From contig CBDBCZ010000017.1 in NCBI GenBank assembly GCA_965203295.1, forward strand, positions 1,408,001-1,472,000: 64,000 nt of DNA, in the 5' to 3' direction. Below are positions 39,408-52,976 of this stretch, piece after piece. Positions within the stretch are counted from its first letter, which is position 1, and the number at the start of each line of letters is the position of its first letter. The DNA comes from Nitrospirales bacterium (GTDB lineage Bacteria; Nitrospirota; Nitrospiria; Nitrospirales; UBA8639). Below the pieces are notes generated by a model. That model did not search any database and was not told the DNA's origin. It saw only the letters and a program-made list of their open reading frames with translations. The translations under genes and the position numbers were made by a program.

Positions 39408-42400
39408 TCAAACAGCTACGAAAGTAACCCCAGCAGCGACGCTGGATGCAGTAGCATTAGCAGAGCACTCAGGCTGATGGAAGGACTGCACACGAAGCGG
39501 GCATGCAGCATCGATCCTGAGACGAAACACATCGACAGTGAACGTTCCTTCGTTTGCGATCCAGTCTTCCACAAAAGCCATGAGTTCTGGGGCAGTAAAC
39601 GTATCGCTGGTGCCGTTGATCTTGCTCCGATAGACCACCTCTGTGACGGTGGTCTGACAGCTGAATTCTCCATCGCTAATGGCGTCCACTGAGAAGGTAC
39701 AGTTGCACTGATCTCTGATGCCAGATGTTAGGGCAGCCTTAACGAACCGCTCCACGTGCCTGGCTTTGTGAACCTACATGGTGATAGGTATTAGGTCATT
39801 ATGGTAGTGTTTTAATATGCAAAAGTCAAAAGCTATAGAGCCATATTGTCCTTGAATGATGACTCTAATCCCAAACGTGGTCAGGGCATGTGTTCCATGT
39901 TGACATAATACATTATGTACTTTACTGCGAATGTTTACATAAACACACCACGTTATCACACTTGAGGTAGACACAAGAATTGTTGTTATAATCCCAACTA
40001 ACACTACTTTCTTCACAACAGTCACATGCAGTACTTTTTAGCACTAATAAGAGCACTAACCAGTATGTTGTAACAACACGTAAAAGAATTAGCATAATTA
40101 CTTCTTACCGATAAGGGCAGTGTGTTATTTCCAGGATGAACAAAATATCATAATAGACAGTGGGAACATGTAATCTATACTTGGATTAATGAATTGATAC
40201 ATATAGTCCGTATGTGATACATTCAAACTTACTGTCCAGCGAATGCAGTATTCAACAGGTCCAAACTTCAGCTGGAAAGCAGCCACACCTAATGCAAACA
40301 TACAAGCATCAGTTAATCTCAATTTCAGTCTATCTTTCAATAGTACAGTTGTCATAGGGTACGTGTACATAGTTTTAGTGCCTGCATTTCTGTCCAATCA
40401 ACTTCCTACAGGGGTATGTCGGTGTGAATGCATAATACCGCAGGACTGGTTTTAATTGTGTAGTAAATACATTGCATTTTCATGTTTTGAATGCAAATTG
40501 TGTATTTATAGTTGCGTTATTGTGTGTGCGTATTATGTGTGTGATCTATGGTACTACGGATGATTGTGTTCAAAATTTAGTAAGCTTAAAAAAAATCGCA
40601 TTCACAATTATTAGATCATCACAATTAAAACCGATCCTATGGTATGCACAATCAATATAGGATGAGATGCCTATGCAGGTATATACAATCCAGCAGTGGA
40701 ATAGAAGTACTAGGAACTTCAGAAACATGTATCTATTATGTAATTCCCACCATCTTCAAGCAATAGTATGCACAAAGTGAATTGATGAGCGCCTTCCAGT
40801 TAGTGAAGCAATAGCTATTTCTGGTTCACTCCATCAATTCTACTACAGCTCCTGCATAAAGATTAACTAAACAGTGGTTTACACTGACTTACTTGTGACT
40901 ACAAGTTGCGCCATTGCTGTTATTGGTGGAGGTTCATTCAATCCTGGAACCAGAATAGTAGCCTTGCAAGTGTAATTGCCTCCATGGGTTGACCTGAGTG
41001 GATGAAATGTGAGTCTAGATGACAACACAGTGCTTGAGTTTGACAGAAACACTGAAGTTGTAGTGTTTTCCCCGTCAACAACACTTCCATCAGGACCAAG
41101 CCACGTAACAGAAACAGCATCTGCCATTAGTCCATCAATAACCGTCACAGTGCAAGTCAGGTAGTAGTCTTCCCCATCAATTGCACCAATAATTGGTGTT
41201 ATGTTCACAGAGGCCCACACAGGGGGAACTGGGTGTTAGATCAAACGTGTAGATTAGTAGGTTTTCATGAAAACGTATCAAGTATGATGCATAATATTCA
41301 TTGTAGTGGCTTGTAGCATGCAATGAGTAAATAATACTTTTTAAGGTACATTACCATGGCAACCCCTTTTCACACACTTATAGCGCTCAAAGGAGGCCAC
41401 ATGCAGGGATCACTGCTATACCAATGTACATTAAATCAGTGAAAGGTCAGTTTGGGTGAGGGGTTAAAATCCTTGGCTTCACTTCGGACTTTAATCACCC
41501 CTCACCCAAATTGACCTTTAAGTAATACATATTGGCAAGCATAACGAGACAGGAACCTATATATACTAAAGTGTCTGCCATTACCAACACAAACACTGGT
41601 GTGACTCACTTTCAGCATGAAGGATGACAGTCTTGCTTTGCACACCATATGGGCTTGTTACTTGGCACGTGTACTGGGCATCATTAACACTTGCAGTTAC
41701 TGGCCTAAACTTTAGTTCATTAACAGATGTGTATGAAGTAACCAGAGTTGTAGAGGTGCTGTCTTCATCCAGGTACCACTTGATGTTCAGCACATCTAGA
41801 TCACTGCTACATGTAACATCTGCGGTTTCACCCACTTCAAATGTTTCCTCATAGCCAATTATTTGGATTCCTGCAAAAATACAAACAGCACAAACAACGC
41901 AAGTAAACATCAGCTTTTGACATTACCGGTACTAGGGTTATAGGTATATATTTATGGAGTTTATGGAATGGGGTATGCGTTTTGCAGCTTGTAGTTATTC
42001 ATATTCATTAATTATGAAGATCCTTGCAGCCTACACAAACAGTAAATTGCAAGTTTGCCTGACCTTTGACAGAAATCTCTTGGGAGCTCGCTCCAAGGAT
42101 GTTGCTAACATGGCATTTATAAATTCCGACAATATTAGCAGGTTCATCATTAATGTGAAGTATGTTCAAATAGGTTGAGCCTGTTCTAGATGTAACCCTC
42201 TGCGTTGCCTGATACTGGCTTCCATCTATGCTGAGATTTGTGCCATCTTTGGCCCACGTTACTATGGTGGCAGGTGACCCAGTAGAGGTACACTCAACAG
42301 TGAAGAGGTTACTGGATGTAACGTGTCGGAGATGTGTAACGCGTGGTGGAGCTGCAAGAGATGTAAAGCATTGATATAGAAATATAAAAAATGCCCTGTT

Positions 42401-45400
42401 TCTCAAGTCAGTATAATAAATGATCTGAAAACGGGGCATTTTATTTGGAACACCATAGTAAGCACTGCCGTATACAGGAAGGTAAGTAACCAACGTAAGA
42501 ATTAACGCTACATACACACAATCATGCATTTACTGATATTGTACATGTAATATGCTAACTTACAATTAAATGAGTGTATATAAATTCCAAAATTGATATC
42601 CAAAAGAAAGCCTCTAGCATCTGGTATCTTGCATGTGTATATGCCTTGGTTCCGTGACGTCAATCTTTCGTAACGGGTTTCATAGCAAGTAGACCGCCCG
42701 TACCAGCCACAAGAATAGGAACGCTGATAAGAATAGGGGCTAAGGATTTGAAGACCACCAGGGTTGTAGTGAGTGATGACAAATGCATCATTGCTAGTCC
42801 AAGTTATATCAGATCCCCTATTCCCTATAATGTTTCCAACACTGTTTGTAGTTGAATTGGACACACAGTAGAACTGAAGCGACTCTGAAGATGTGCGTGC
42901 AATAACCAAACTGTTGTTAGGGATCGCTCCAGTGTGGGTCCCTGTAAGAACATATATACCAGCACCTGCAAAGAGAGAGCGTAGGGCATAGAAGTGCCAT
43001 ATAAAGTGTGAAAACATCTGAGCAAAAATATTACGATAGCAGCCTTAATTCAGGCTACCTCTCCCAAGCACTAACTGCTTCAATATTTCTGTCGGCGAAC
43101 TGCTAGATAATCTGTAAATCCATACAGAGTTTGTTCAAAAAAGCAGCCTAGCCTTGTATCCAACCATGTATTCCAACTTTTACTCTTCCTGACAGCGAGA
43201 AAAGCTGGGTAAGCTGGTTTAGCTGGGTATGAATCTACAAGCAATCAGTGAATATGCACATTGCCTTCATTACAGTTTCTGACTAGCCATGCACACAACC
43301 TCCTTTATAGTGTCTGCCTAGCCATGCAGTACCTGTGATATTCATGGGAATGGTAGTACTTCCACTGTTTCCTATAGAGTCTGTGACAGTACATGTATGC
43401 ATCCCAGCATCAGTAGAGCGGAGAAAGTTTCGCATGACAGAAGAATGTGTGCCTGAGACAAAACAACCACTGCAAGTAGAGGTCCATTTGTATGAGACAG
43501 ATCCACTTGCACCCGCTACTTCACAGTACAGAGTAACCGTAGTTCCTGCTCGGTAGTTATATGGTTGAATAGACTCATCAACAGGCGGGATGTAGTTGAC
43601 TCTGATAGAGACGTTCAGTGCTACATATACAAAGCAAAATCACCAGTCTGGCATTATAAGCTACACATGTACACTCATGCATCCTATTGTTTAGAACACA
43701 CTTACCTACTACTATGGTCAATGGCTGACTTGAGGTTTCATTACTTGCGACGATATATGCTGAAGTGGAAACTGGATTCACGCTAGCCTCACATACGTAC
43801 AATCCTGAGTCGGATGACTCCAACGATCTTAGTGTTGCTACTAGCCTTTTCCTCAGTGCTGTAGTTACTGTTACTTCAGTGCTATTACCATCTGAGAACA
43901 CGCCCTCTGGTCCAGTCCACATGCTTGAGATTTCAACTGGTGTATCAACGGCTTTATCAACGTCTGCATCACATGTTAGTTTAAGCAGTGAGGTGGTATA
44001 GATAGGGGTAATTTCAGGTGTCCTTGAGACAGTTATCGCCGGTATAGGAACTGCCATGGAGGAAAATTTAATCATAACGACTAAGTGGAAAATTTGTGCA
44101 TATACACAAAACTCACTTTGTACAATAACATCTTCACTAGCGCTCTTCACTGATTGTAGAATATCCACTTTCGAAATGCAGGTATATTGGTCCCCATGAG
44201 ATGTATGCAGAGGGTTGAAGTGCAAGTTCAAAGTGGTTATATTGCCAATTGTGAGCGGATCGTGGACACTCAGGGTGCTACTGCTAGAGACTGAAGTTCC
44301 TATGGAATCTACCCACTCAACCGTTCCCTGCACATCAGTCCTGACAACACAGGAGATTGAATAGGTATTGCCAGCCATCAGTGGCATTTCAGGTGCCTCA
44401 ATGGTAACGATGTTCTCAAAATCTGTGAATTTAAAGTGAGGGTATAAAATACAAGAATCAAGACAGTAACAGCTTATAACCACTTTCTCGAACTCTCTAC
44501 ATTAAGGTTAGGCCCAAACAGAAGTGGAGAAATATTAAAAATTCATGACCGTGTACGGTTTTGACGCTCATAGCTCGACAACACGGCGGTGCAAAGCCAC
44601 AAAAACTATGCAGGACTAGAGTATAGAAACTGGAGAGAGCCAGAAGCAAAAACTTTGTCGATGCGTGCAGTCTTTCCACCGTACAGGCGCTATATTCACT
44701 TACCAGCTCGAAGCGCATTCGCGGTAAATCCCTTCGAATCCAAGAGACAGATGTAGCTGAAGCCACGGCTATATCTGTAGGACTGTAGATTGCATGTCCA
44801 GACATCGAGAATGAAGACTTATTGCCCTCCGTTGGAGAGTAATGGCCGTAATTGTTGATTTTAAAAGTCGGCTCTGTACACTCTGGAAAAAGGCGATAAG
44901 TCTTCGTTCTCGCTGTCTGGACATGTAGACTCCGTAGAAGTTTAGCATATCTGCGAATCAGACGTAGAGGTTGCACGTGAGTCCTGGGATTTACCGCGAC
45001 AGATTTTTCTGGCAACTCACTAACGCTTTCACTTAGTACATGAAAGTATTACTTATCATAATACAAAAAGTATTATATTATCTAAGGTTGCCATAGGTAA
45101 CTGGCAAGAGACTTCCGGTTGGGCCTAACCTTAATGAAAATGGTGGGCCTAACCTTAATGAAAATGATGTGCTACTATTGAACAATACTTAGGGCACCAA
45201 TGATTCATCAACGTTAAAAACCCCAGTCATCAGCCCCAACATAAACTTGAGATGCACATATGTAAACAAGTCACACTGGCCATTTCACAGAAAAATAAAG
45301 CTATTTCCCAACTATTGGGTTGGATATGACAGCGATCTGCATTGAGATTTTCTACCAACAATGTCGGGACAGGTTTGTGATACCATATAAGGCTCCCATG

Positions 45401-48400
45401 TTTTTCATGGTCACATGCAAAGGGCTGTAACAACAATTTACAACTATCATACTATGCAATCAGCAGAAGCTATTAAGCATCCAGTAGTAAAGACTAAATA
45501 ACAGCAGGTATTGGACACATGACTCTGCATGATAAAGTGGATACCTTATATGGTGAAATTTCAAAGTGCTGCAGTAACAAATTATAATGTATACAAGTAG
45601 TTGTGCTCACTTCACTCGCACAACTACTTGTGTTTGTTGAACTCGCTCGCTGCGCTCGCTCTGAACAGATAGAGATTAAAGATGTGATTTGCATGTGATT
45701 CGATTGTTTGTATGGTACATTTAGCTAGTAGTGTTGCTGACAGATCCCGGCCTGAATCACGTGGAGGCAGTACTACAGAGACTACAATCAACGGTAAAAC
45801 AATACAGGCACGCTAGGAGGTTCAATGTTAGCAAATGTGCACACCACATTCCAACCGGAGGCAGTGACTCAGAGGAGAGACTACAAAAGTGGAATCTATA
45901 GGTACACGAAGCTGTTACTTAAAATACAAGTCAAATGTTTAATATTGAGTACTACGAGTTTCATGATAAAAGCCATATCACTACTGCCAGAGTTATATGG
46001 TCAGCAGTGGATATGGGATGGATATTATGCATGCTGTTGCATCTATAGTCTGTCTTCAATATTGTACACATATGGCTTGCAATACTTTATAAGGGGATAA
46101 AGTTGTAAGTCATACTGGCTATCATAGTTTTTATAGTTAATGGATACTTGATAAAAAGGCAGCACATAGCTATGATAGGGAGCAGACACATGACTGATAA
46201 TTTATTGAGACTTAACGCACATTACCATGGCAACCACTTTTTCCCACGCTTATAGCACTCAAAGGAGGCCACATACAGGGATTATTGCTATACCAATGTA
46301 CATTAAATCAGTTAAGGTCAGTTTGGGTGAGGGGTTAAAATCCTCGGCTTCGCCTCGGACTATAAATTCCCCTCACCCAAACTGACCTTTAGCCATTACT
46401 TATCAAAGTACTAGGCCTGCTCCCAGAGCCATGCCTTTTTGGTTACACAAAGGACAGTCTGCTTTACATTCATGCAACCGAACAAGCAGGAGCGCGTGGG
46501 AACAAGGCTGTCAAGGTGCTGTAGTACTAGATGTCCATGCATGATAAGCAGTCACAAAGCAGCCACTGGTATTCATGCTGTGATATATCATACCTTTCAC
46601 TTTTAGAGTAATAGTTTCATCATACACGGCACCATCCAATCCAGTGATTCTGCATGTAAACATTGCCCCATCCAGACCAGTCGACTCAAGTTCAAGGGGT
46701 AGGACTACTTCCTGTGTGGTTGAGGATTCTAGGGCATATTCAAAACCACCCAGAAGCCACTGAATTTTCTCATGATTTTTCAGGGTAGTGGTGCAAAAGA
46801 TGTGCACAGTTAGGCCAACAATTAAGACTTCTTCATAGCCAGTAGTTTGCATAACTACATGGAATAAGATACAGGCAACCAGTAGCAATGTAAACACAAG
46901 TGGTACTTACAGGTTACCTAGTAAGCTATAATCAGACAATATTATGTGCAGCTGTACTATACAACATGTGCCAGAGAGAGAGATTAAACATATTCTTTAT
47001 GAATAATTATGGGCGAACGAGGGAGGCAGTATGTGTTCATAGCCCTACTCAGCAATTTTTTACAGTACTGCTCACACACATTAGTGCAGTACGGTAATCG
47101 TAGACTCGGGTTATTAAGCGCACCTTTTTTATAAGCTCACAACTTTTTATAAGCGCATACTTCCTTCCCGATTTTTGCTACTCGCTATTAAGCGCATGCG
47201 CGTGGCCGATTAAACCTTGAACTTTGGGCTCTCAGCACGAGATTGAGATTGCGACGTGCTAAGTATTGCCGAGTGTTTCACTGGAGAGTCTCACGATGGC
47301 TACTGCTGCTGGTGCTTCTATCCTTCCCTCGAACGGATCGGGAAAGGCTAAGAGGAAAAGCTATGCAAGAGAGTTCAAGCTGACGTTGTCAACCACTATC
47401 ATGACAACAATTTGTACCAGACGTCCAATTGTTGAACACGAAGACGATTTTGTACACGTGGTGCCCTCGAATGATGCTGTCGTGAATTAGGATCGCGTCT
47501 TCCCCCCTTGCCATGATAGCTAGCTAGCCATAAAACGAGTTGCGAAAAGTGGGCGGGTCTAATGGGCGGTGCTAGAGATCGCTATTTTATAAGCGCACAC
47601 TTTTTGTTAAGCACATATTTCCTTGCCGCTCAGACTTATAAACGCATGCGCTTAATAACCCGAGTCTACGGTATATGGATGAGACACTCATACTCTTTAT
47701 ACATAATACATACTTTTTGCTGTGACGTTGACTGAATTGGATACTCCAAATGAATTGCTAACTTTACAAGAATACTCTCCAGAAAGTTGATCAACAGAAT
47801 CTTCCATTTTCAAGACGTTTTTGTAAGTTGAAGTGGCTCTGTCGGTGATGGTCTGTGTCATCTTATGAACTGTTCCGTCGATAGTTATTTCAACCCCGTC
47901 CTTAGCCCACACGACATTTGTCGGAGGAGAACCAGTGGATATACATTCAAGGGCAAAGAGTCCATCAGAAGTATCCTGCCGAAGGCTGGTAACAGTAGGA
48001 GCAGCTGCAATGAGAAACAGTGCAAACTAACACCTTTCAGTATAAGCACTGACATAGACCGGAATTGTATATTTGATTGAGTTCAGCAAATAAACATGAA
48101 GTTTCAATGGATACATTTTGTGTGATTTCATTTGGTTACAGTTAGGCTACGTACTCCCACGTTACCCCACAAGGAATAAAGAACTCGCATGAAGAATAGC
48201 TGCAACTCTACATGCTATAGCTAGACACAAGTCACGCTGCCTTGACAAGGCTGTCTGTTGAAGCTTTGGTCTTCTGTCGTAAAGTTCCATCATGCAAGCA
48301 GCAAATGATTACATGTGTAGGCTTTTTACCAGCCGGAGCGCGCGAACGGCTGGTATTAAGATTGCTTTGCGTTTTCCGCGTCTGTTTGTTTGTTTGTCTG

Positions 48401-50800
48401 TACTGTGCGTCCGCACTTATCACGTGCGCAATGTATTACGTCATACGTTACTATGCAACTGCAGTGTATAGCAGCTTTTGGAGGTTTGCAGGCCAAGCTA
48501 CAGCAAATGAAGGTAGTTTTGTGTTGCCTAGATGGCGAAAACGTGGTAGGTAGTAGAACGTACAAAGCAACGTTTTCCATTCCACATCCCACAACATGTA
48601 CCAGTACTCTACATTTTTACGTGAGCCATGTTTACTGTGCAGCTGGCAGTAGAGTGTATTTTGCAGGTGGTCACATGAACTGTTACATCCTTTGAACTTT
48701 ACTCAGATTACACAAAGGCTTTGAAAGGCAATGCTTACCCTGACATGGCTTATCCATCATTTCCCATATAAACCACAACAGACTGTACACACTACTGATT
48801 ATTATCACTCTCAACCAGAGTCTGTAAGGTAGACATGTACCACAATCATGAAACATGGACAAGGTGTCTTCTTGATTGTACAACATTAATATTCAAACAC
48901 TGGAGAAAATTGCTTGTATGCATAGAGAGAAATATGTTAATTAAGTGCAATTTTAAAAGAGATTTTGATATGGACGATATGAAAGCTTTAGCAATAGCTG
49001 TGGAAAATAGATAAATAGCCATGTGTTTTATTGATAAATTCATGCTGAACCAAAGTCACATGTTTCACTTATACAATCATTGACACTTCAATTATACACT
49101 AAAACATTTCCCAGCACTATCACATCTAAAGGTAAGGTACTAGCTAACTGCCCTCTTACAGGTAACGTAAAGATTACAACTAAAACAAAATTACCACATC
49201 CCAATTCCAGTAAAACCTGTCAGAAGCTCAAAGCTTATCAGCTACACAGGAAATCGGTAGTGTACTGAAAATTGTTACATTTCTTGTAAAAGCTATTCAG
49301 AACAAAAGGCACTCTGCACTTTACTCACTTCTTATCATCAATGATTATATGTATACTGTGGATACTGTGGCTTACTGCTGAATTCATTTCGAAAAATCCC
49401 CACATTCAAGTCAGCTCCTTCCTTCAGACGACAAGTATACACTCCTTGCTCAGACAGAGATGAAGACAAGGCTACAATTTCCATTACAGTAGAGTCTTCA
49501 TAAGAAGTAGTGGTGACTTTGAAAGGGCCTTGACTACTGGTTACGTCGGCTCCGCTCACATCAATGAACTGGATGGTTGCATCATTGTCCGTTGCGCTGA
49601 ACCAGCAGTAGAAGTGAATGGTGCCGTTCGCAACAATGATTCCATTGTCAGGCAGTGCAGTTTGTACGGTTTCATCAAAAATTCCTGAACCTACATATAA
49701 ATTAAAAATTATAGGTAGCGGCACGGCAACTTCAAAAGTTGTATTTTGCTTAGGTGTTTACAAAGTAATAATTCATAGTTGGTTGTCTCCAAAGTGGTGT
49801 GTGTCTACTTTGAAAGCCAATGCAATTGTGTCATGCATCCACCTTGCATTGACAACTATAGTATTATTTGAAGCACAGGCCATCCATATGGGCCTACATA
49901 GATAAAAAAAAATCTTTATTTCAGGTGCTAATTTTTAATGCAGATATATAGAATGCAAGTTCCTACCATTTTACTATCCTATAAGATATTTCCACACACC
50001 AAAAACAAGGACTCACCAACAACATTCATTTCAACACTAGCAGACGCAGTTCTGTTGCAGTCTTGGTCAATAGTGTCTATAACAGTGCAGGTATGACTGC
50101 CGGAGTCAGCTGGCTTTAAAATCAGTGCCCTTACAGACGGAGTGTTGTTTCCTTGTGCAAAACAGCCGTCAAGACAAGAGGAAGACCAGCTGTAGGAAAC
50201 CTGTCCTAGCGATCCGTGTACAACACAAGTGAGTACTAGAGAACTGGCCACTCGGTAATTGGGAGGATCGAGAAGGAAATCTGAAGGCCGGGAATAGTTG
50301 ACATGAATCTCAGCTGTCAGACTTGAATCTTCTTCAGCAATTTCAGCTGTAGACGATAAAAGAAATTCACTTGTATCATTTGATGGATTAGTGCTAAATC
50401 TGTTGCTAAACGTAACAGTGTATTTGCTACTGTAACAGTATACAGTGAAAACCTTTTATTCTGCACCTCATGAATTTTATGATCATGAGGACACCTCTAT
50501 CTAAATTCAGGACCCTTCGAAAGCCCAAATTATACTTTCTTCCTACAAATTAATGACTAAAATGAGGACACCCATCTGAACAGAACCTTCACTTTGTCCC
50601 GAAGGTGGCCAGAATTATAGAATAGAGGAGCTCCACTGTATACCTAGAACCTCTTTACCAATCCATAATATAGTTACTGCTCCATACATACCTAACCCAA
50701 AAAAATACTAATAACAAAAATACGTACACTTACTTGGCTTTGCTTGAATCGGTCCAAGCTGCGCTACCCACACTAGTAGGCCAAGAACAAGGACATACAT
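39408..50800 (-). CDS. Paralog D: divergent, intact multi-Ig-domain protein (signal peptide + 11 Ig-like domains + Cys-rich C-terminal domain), ~1303 aa
   Basis: Exons: 50800-50734 (MYVLVLGLLVWVAQLGPIQAKP), 50346-50017, 49690-49376, 48004-47714, 46854-46594, 44422-44117, 44050-43706, 43620-43333, 42965-42564, 42351-42064, 41870-41610, 41228-40893, 40288-40233, 39773-39408. The sum is 3912 nt (3n), all introns are GT-AG, and the exon order is the same as in B and C. Confidence 0.87.
41347..41521 (+). mobile_element. ~190-bp dispersed hairpin element, copy 1 of 4
   Basis: tacattaccatggcaacc...aaaggtcagtttgggtgagggg..ccctcacccaaattgaccttt. Confidence 0.85.
44506..45130. mobile_element. Kolobok-like non-autonomous DNA transposon (TTAA TSD, GG..CC ends)
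   Basis: ttaa|ggttaggcccaaacagaagt ... acttccggttgggcctaacc|ttaa (18/20 TIR). The right end plus flank is re-duplicated at 45144-45166. Confidence 0.8.
45590..45700. repeat. Hairpin-containing dispersed repeat (copy of 35745-35860)
   Basis: Perfect 14-bp stem 45593-45606 / 45618-45631. Confidence 0.7.
46218..46402 (+). mobile_element. ~190-bp dispersed hairpin element, copy 2 of 4
   Basis: Near-identical to 59418-59604. Confidence 0.88.
47098..47671 (+). mobile_element. pogo-family deletion derivative retaining the start of the transposase
   Basis: 24-bp perfect TIR cgtagactcgggttattaagcgca / tgcgcttaataacccgagtctacg, with TA on the right. The internal ORF 47266-47490 contains KAKRKSYAREFKL, resembling the Brinker-type DNA-binding start of pogo transposases. 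Confidence 0.82.
50443..50638. mobile_element. Degenerate Tc1/pogo-type MITE
   Basis: ta|cagtgaaaacct ... aggagctccactg|ta, with internal ggacac motifs. Confidence 0.6.
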
Positions 50801-51762
50801 CCTGTAATTGGCCAGCAATTCCCTGTACTGAGTTTCAATATATATATGCAGCTGCGGAATAGTCTGCATGCACAGTAGTCTGAAGAAAAACAGTCTAGTG
50901 GCAGCATTTATATATAAATTGCCCCACAGAATGAGATGAATATCATTTGCAAGCATTACAGCCTATAATTTACTGAAAGTAGGGCTTCTCAATGTTACTG
51001 ATAATGCAATTTCGCAATGTTACTGATAATGCAATTTCTTGGCAATTGCCACTAGAGCAACTACAACACTACTAGTGGGAATTCTCACATTCTGCAGTGC
51101 ACCAGTTAAAAACTACATGTATTCCCAAGTGAAGAGTTAGGAATCTTGATCCGCCCATCTAACACCATAATATTATCTTCGGTCTACCTTAATAAACAAT
51201 AATCTCTATCCAGCTAGAAACAGTAATAGCTAGCTATATACCAAGGTGCAGTCAGTGGGAATGAGCGAGTATTGCGACCAAGTGCCAGAATACGTTGAGT
51301 GAATGACTTCAGGCAGCGCACAAACAGCCTCTTCATTATGTTTGGTAGCTAGAGCCTACCTTTTATGGTATTATGCTAGTGCATTTCCTGTGAGATTATT
51401 GCAGGATATGACATCACAAAGTCTATACCAGACTATAATACTACCTAGAGGATTAATGCTGACCATGATGTGCGAGATTTAGAGAGACACAGGTCTATAG
51501 CTAAGGGTAGGGTGCTATAGAGCTGGTACGTAGGTTCTGGCATGAGCCAAGAAAAGAAGGGGGAGCAGGGGGGTGGGGGGTTAGGGTTGGGGGGGGGGGG
51601 GGGGGGGGGGAGGTGAATGGCTTTCCGTAGCACCAAATAGAAATGTATTCTGAAAATGGCATGGCATTTTGGAGATCAGGCCCTTTTTTCTGCCAGCAAT
51701 ACTATTCATGGTGGTTCAGAATGCTATGTATTGTATGTCTGGTGTTTTTTTTTTATTTCTTT

Positions 51763-51952
51763 AATGTACATTACCATCGCAACCACTTTTTTCCACGCTT
51801 ATAGCACTCAAAGGAGGTCACATACAGGGATCATTGCTATACCAATGTACATTAAATCAGTTCAAGGTCAGTTTGGGTGAGGGATTAAAATCCTTGACTT
51901 CGCCTCAGACTTTAAATTCCCCTCACCCAAACTGACCTTTAACTATTACTTA
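51763..51952 (+). mobile_element. ~190-bp dispersed hairpin element, copy 3 of 4
   Basis: Near-identical to the other copies. Confidence 0.88.
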
Positions 51953-52976
51953 TTTGATGCTGTGGTCAGTGTGGTGTAGTGGTCTGTTATCTACCATGGG
52001 AAATGTTATCGTTGGTGGAAGCCAAGGAAGCACCAAGGGTGAGGTCATACACCACACTATGCAGTAATCTGCCCTGTACCTATACCATGCCTAAGACATT
52101 CCAACAGGTTTTGGCAGATCTGTAAGAAGCATCCACTAGCTAGAGCCAGTGCTGGCATGATACAAACCAGTCAAATCAGACTTTTAGCACAGGAAATGCT
52201 AGCCACAACCGGGGAAACACCTGCAGAAACTGTAAAAAGACTGAACGCTAGCTACATATAGGAGCCATATGTATCCAATACCAAATTACATAGCTACTTA
52301 TCGTCCACTATATACTCATACATGTACACACTCTAGCTTTTGTTCCCAGTATCGAATCCATTTTTTTGGTCATGTGTAGTATGTGAAAAAGCTGGGAGTG
52401 AAACTGGGTCCTGGGAATGAGGCTATATACACAGACTCCAGGTATTGAATAAATGTGCACTGGTTAAACCTGCTATAAACGATTCTAGGATTTGCTTGTC
52501 TTTCCAGGGCTGATAAACTAATAGCATTATGATAGCACAGCACTATCAGAAGAATCGCTAATAGGTTACTTGTTGGAACTTGTTTGCCATTAGTGTCCTG
52601 TTGTACTGCAATAACAACTATAAGAAAAGTACTCCATACACTTTACTACTCAACACATCAAAGAAAATGTTCTCTCTTTGAAAAGTTATACCTCTAATAG
52701 GGCATTCCTTTGATGACTGAATACAGTTTCTGCCTACACTACATAGCCTCCATCCTACAGGAGCAGCAAACCAAGTGTTATCATTCCCTTAGTGTGGTGA
52801 TAACATTCCCTTCATGTGGTAAAGATCTGGGCGTTAGGCTAAAGTCAAATTTTAACAGATTTTCTACAAAAGCATTTCCAATACATGACTAGCTATTTAC
52901 CAAAGCAGCAATTACATCAACGAAATTAGTCACTCAACATTTCACATACTGTATACAGAAATGAAGAGTCGTAAGG

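Noticed and set aside
44497..45015. 172-aa minus-strand ORF as a transposase or extra exon
   Set aside because: Lies inside a 625-bp TIR element, has no recognisable motif and is not needed for the frame of gene D.
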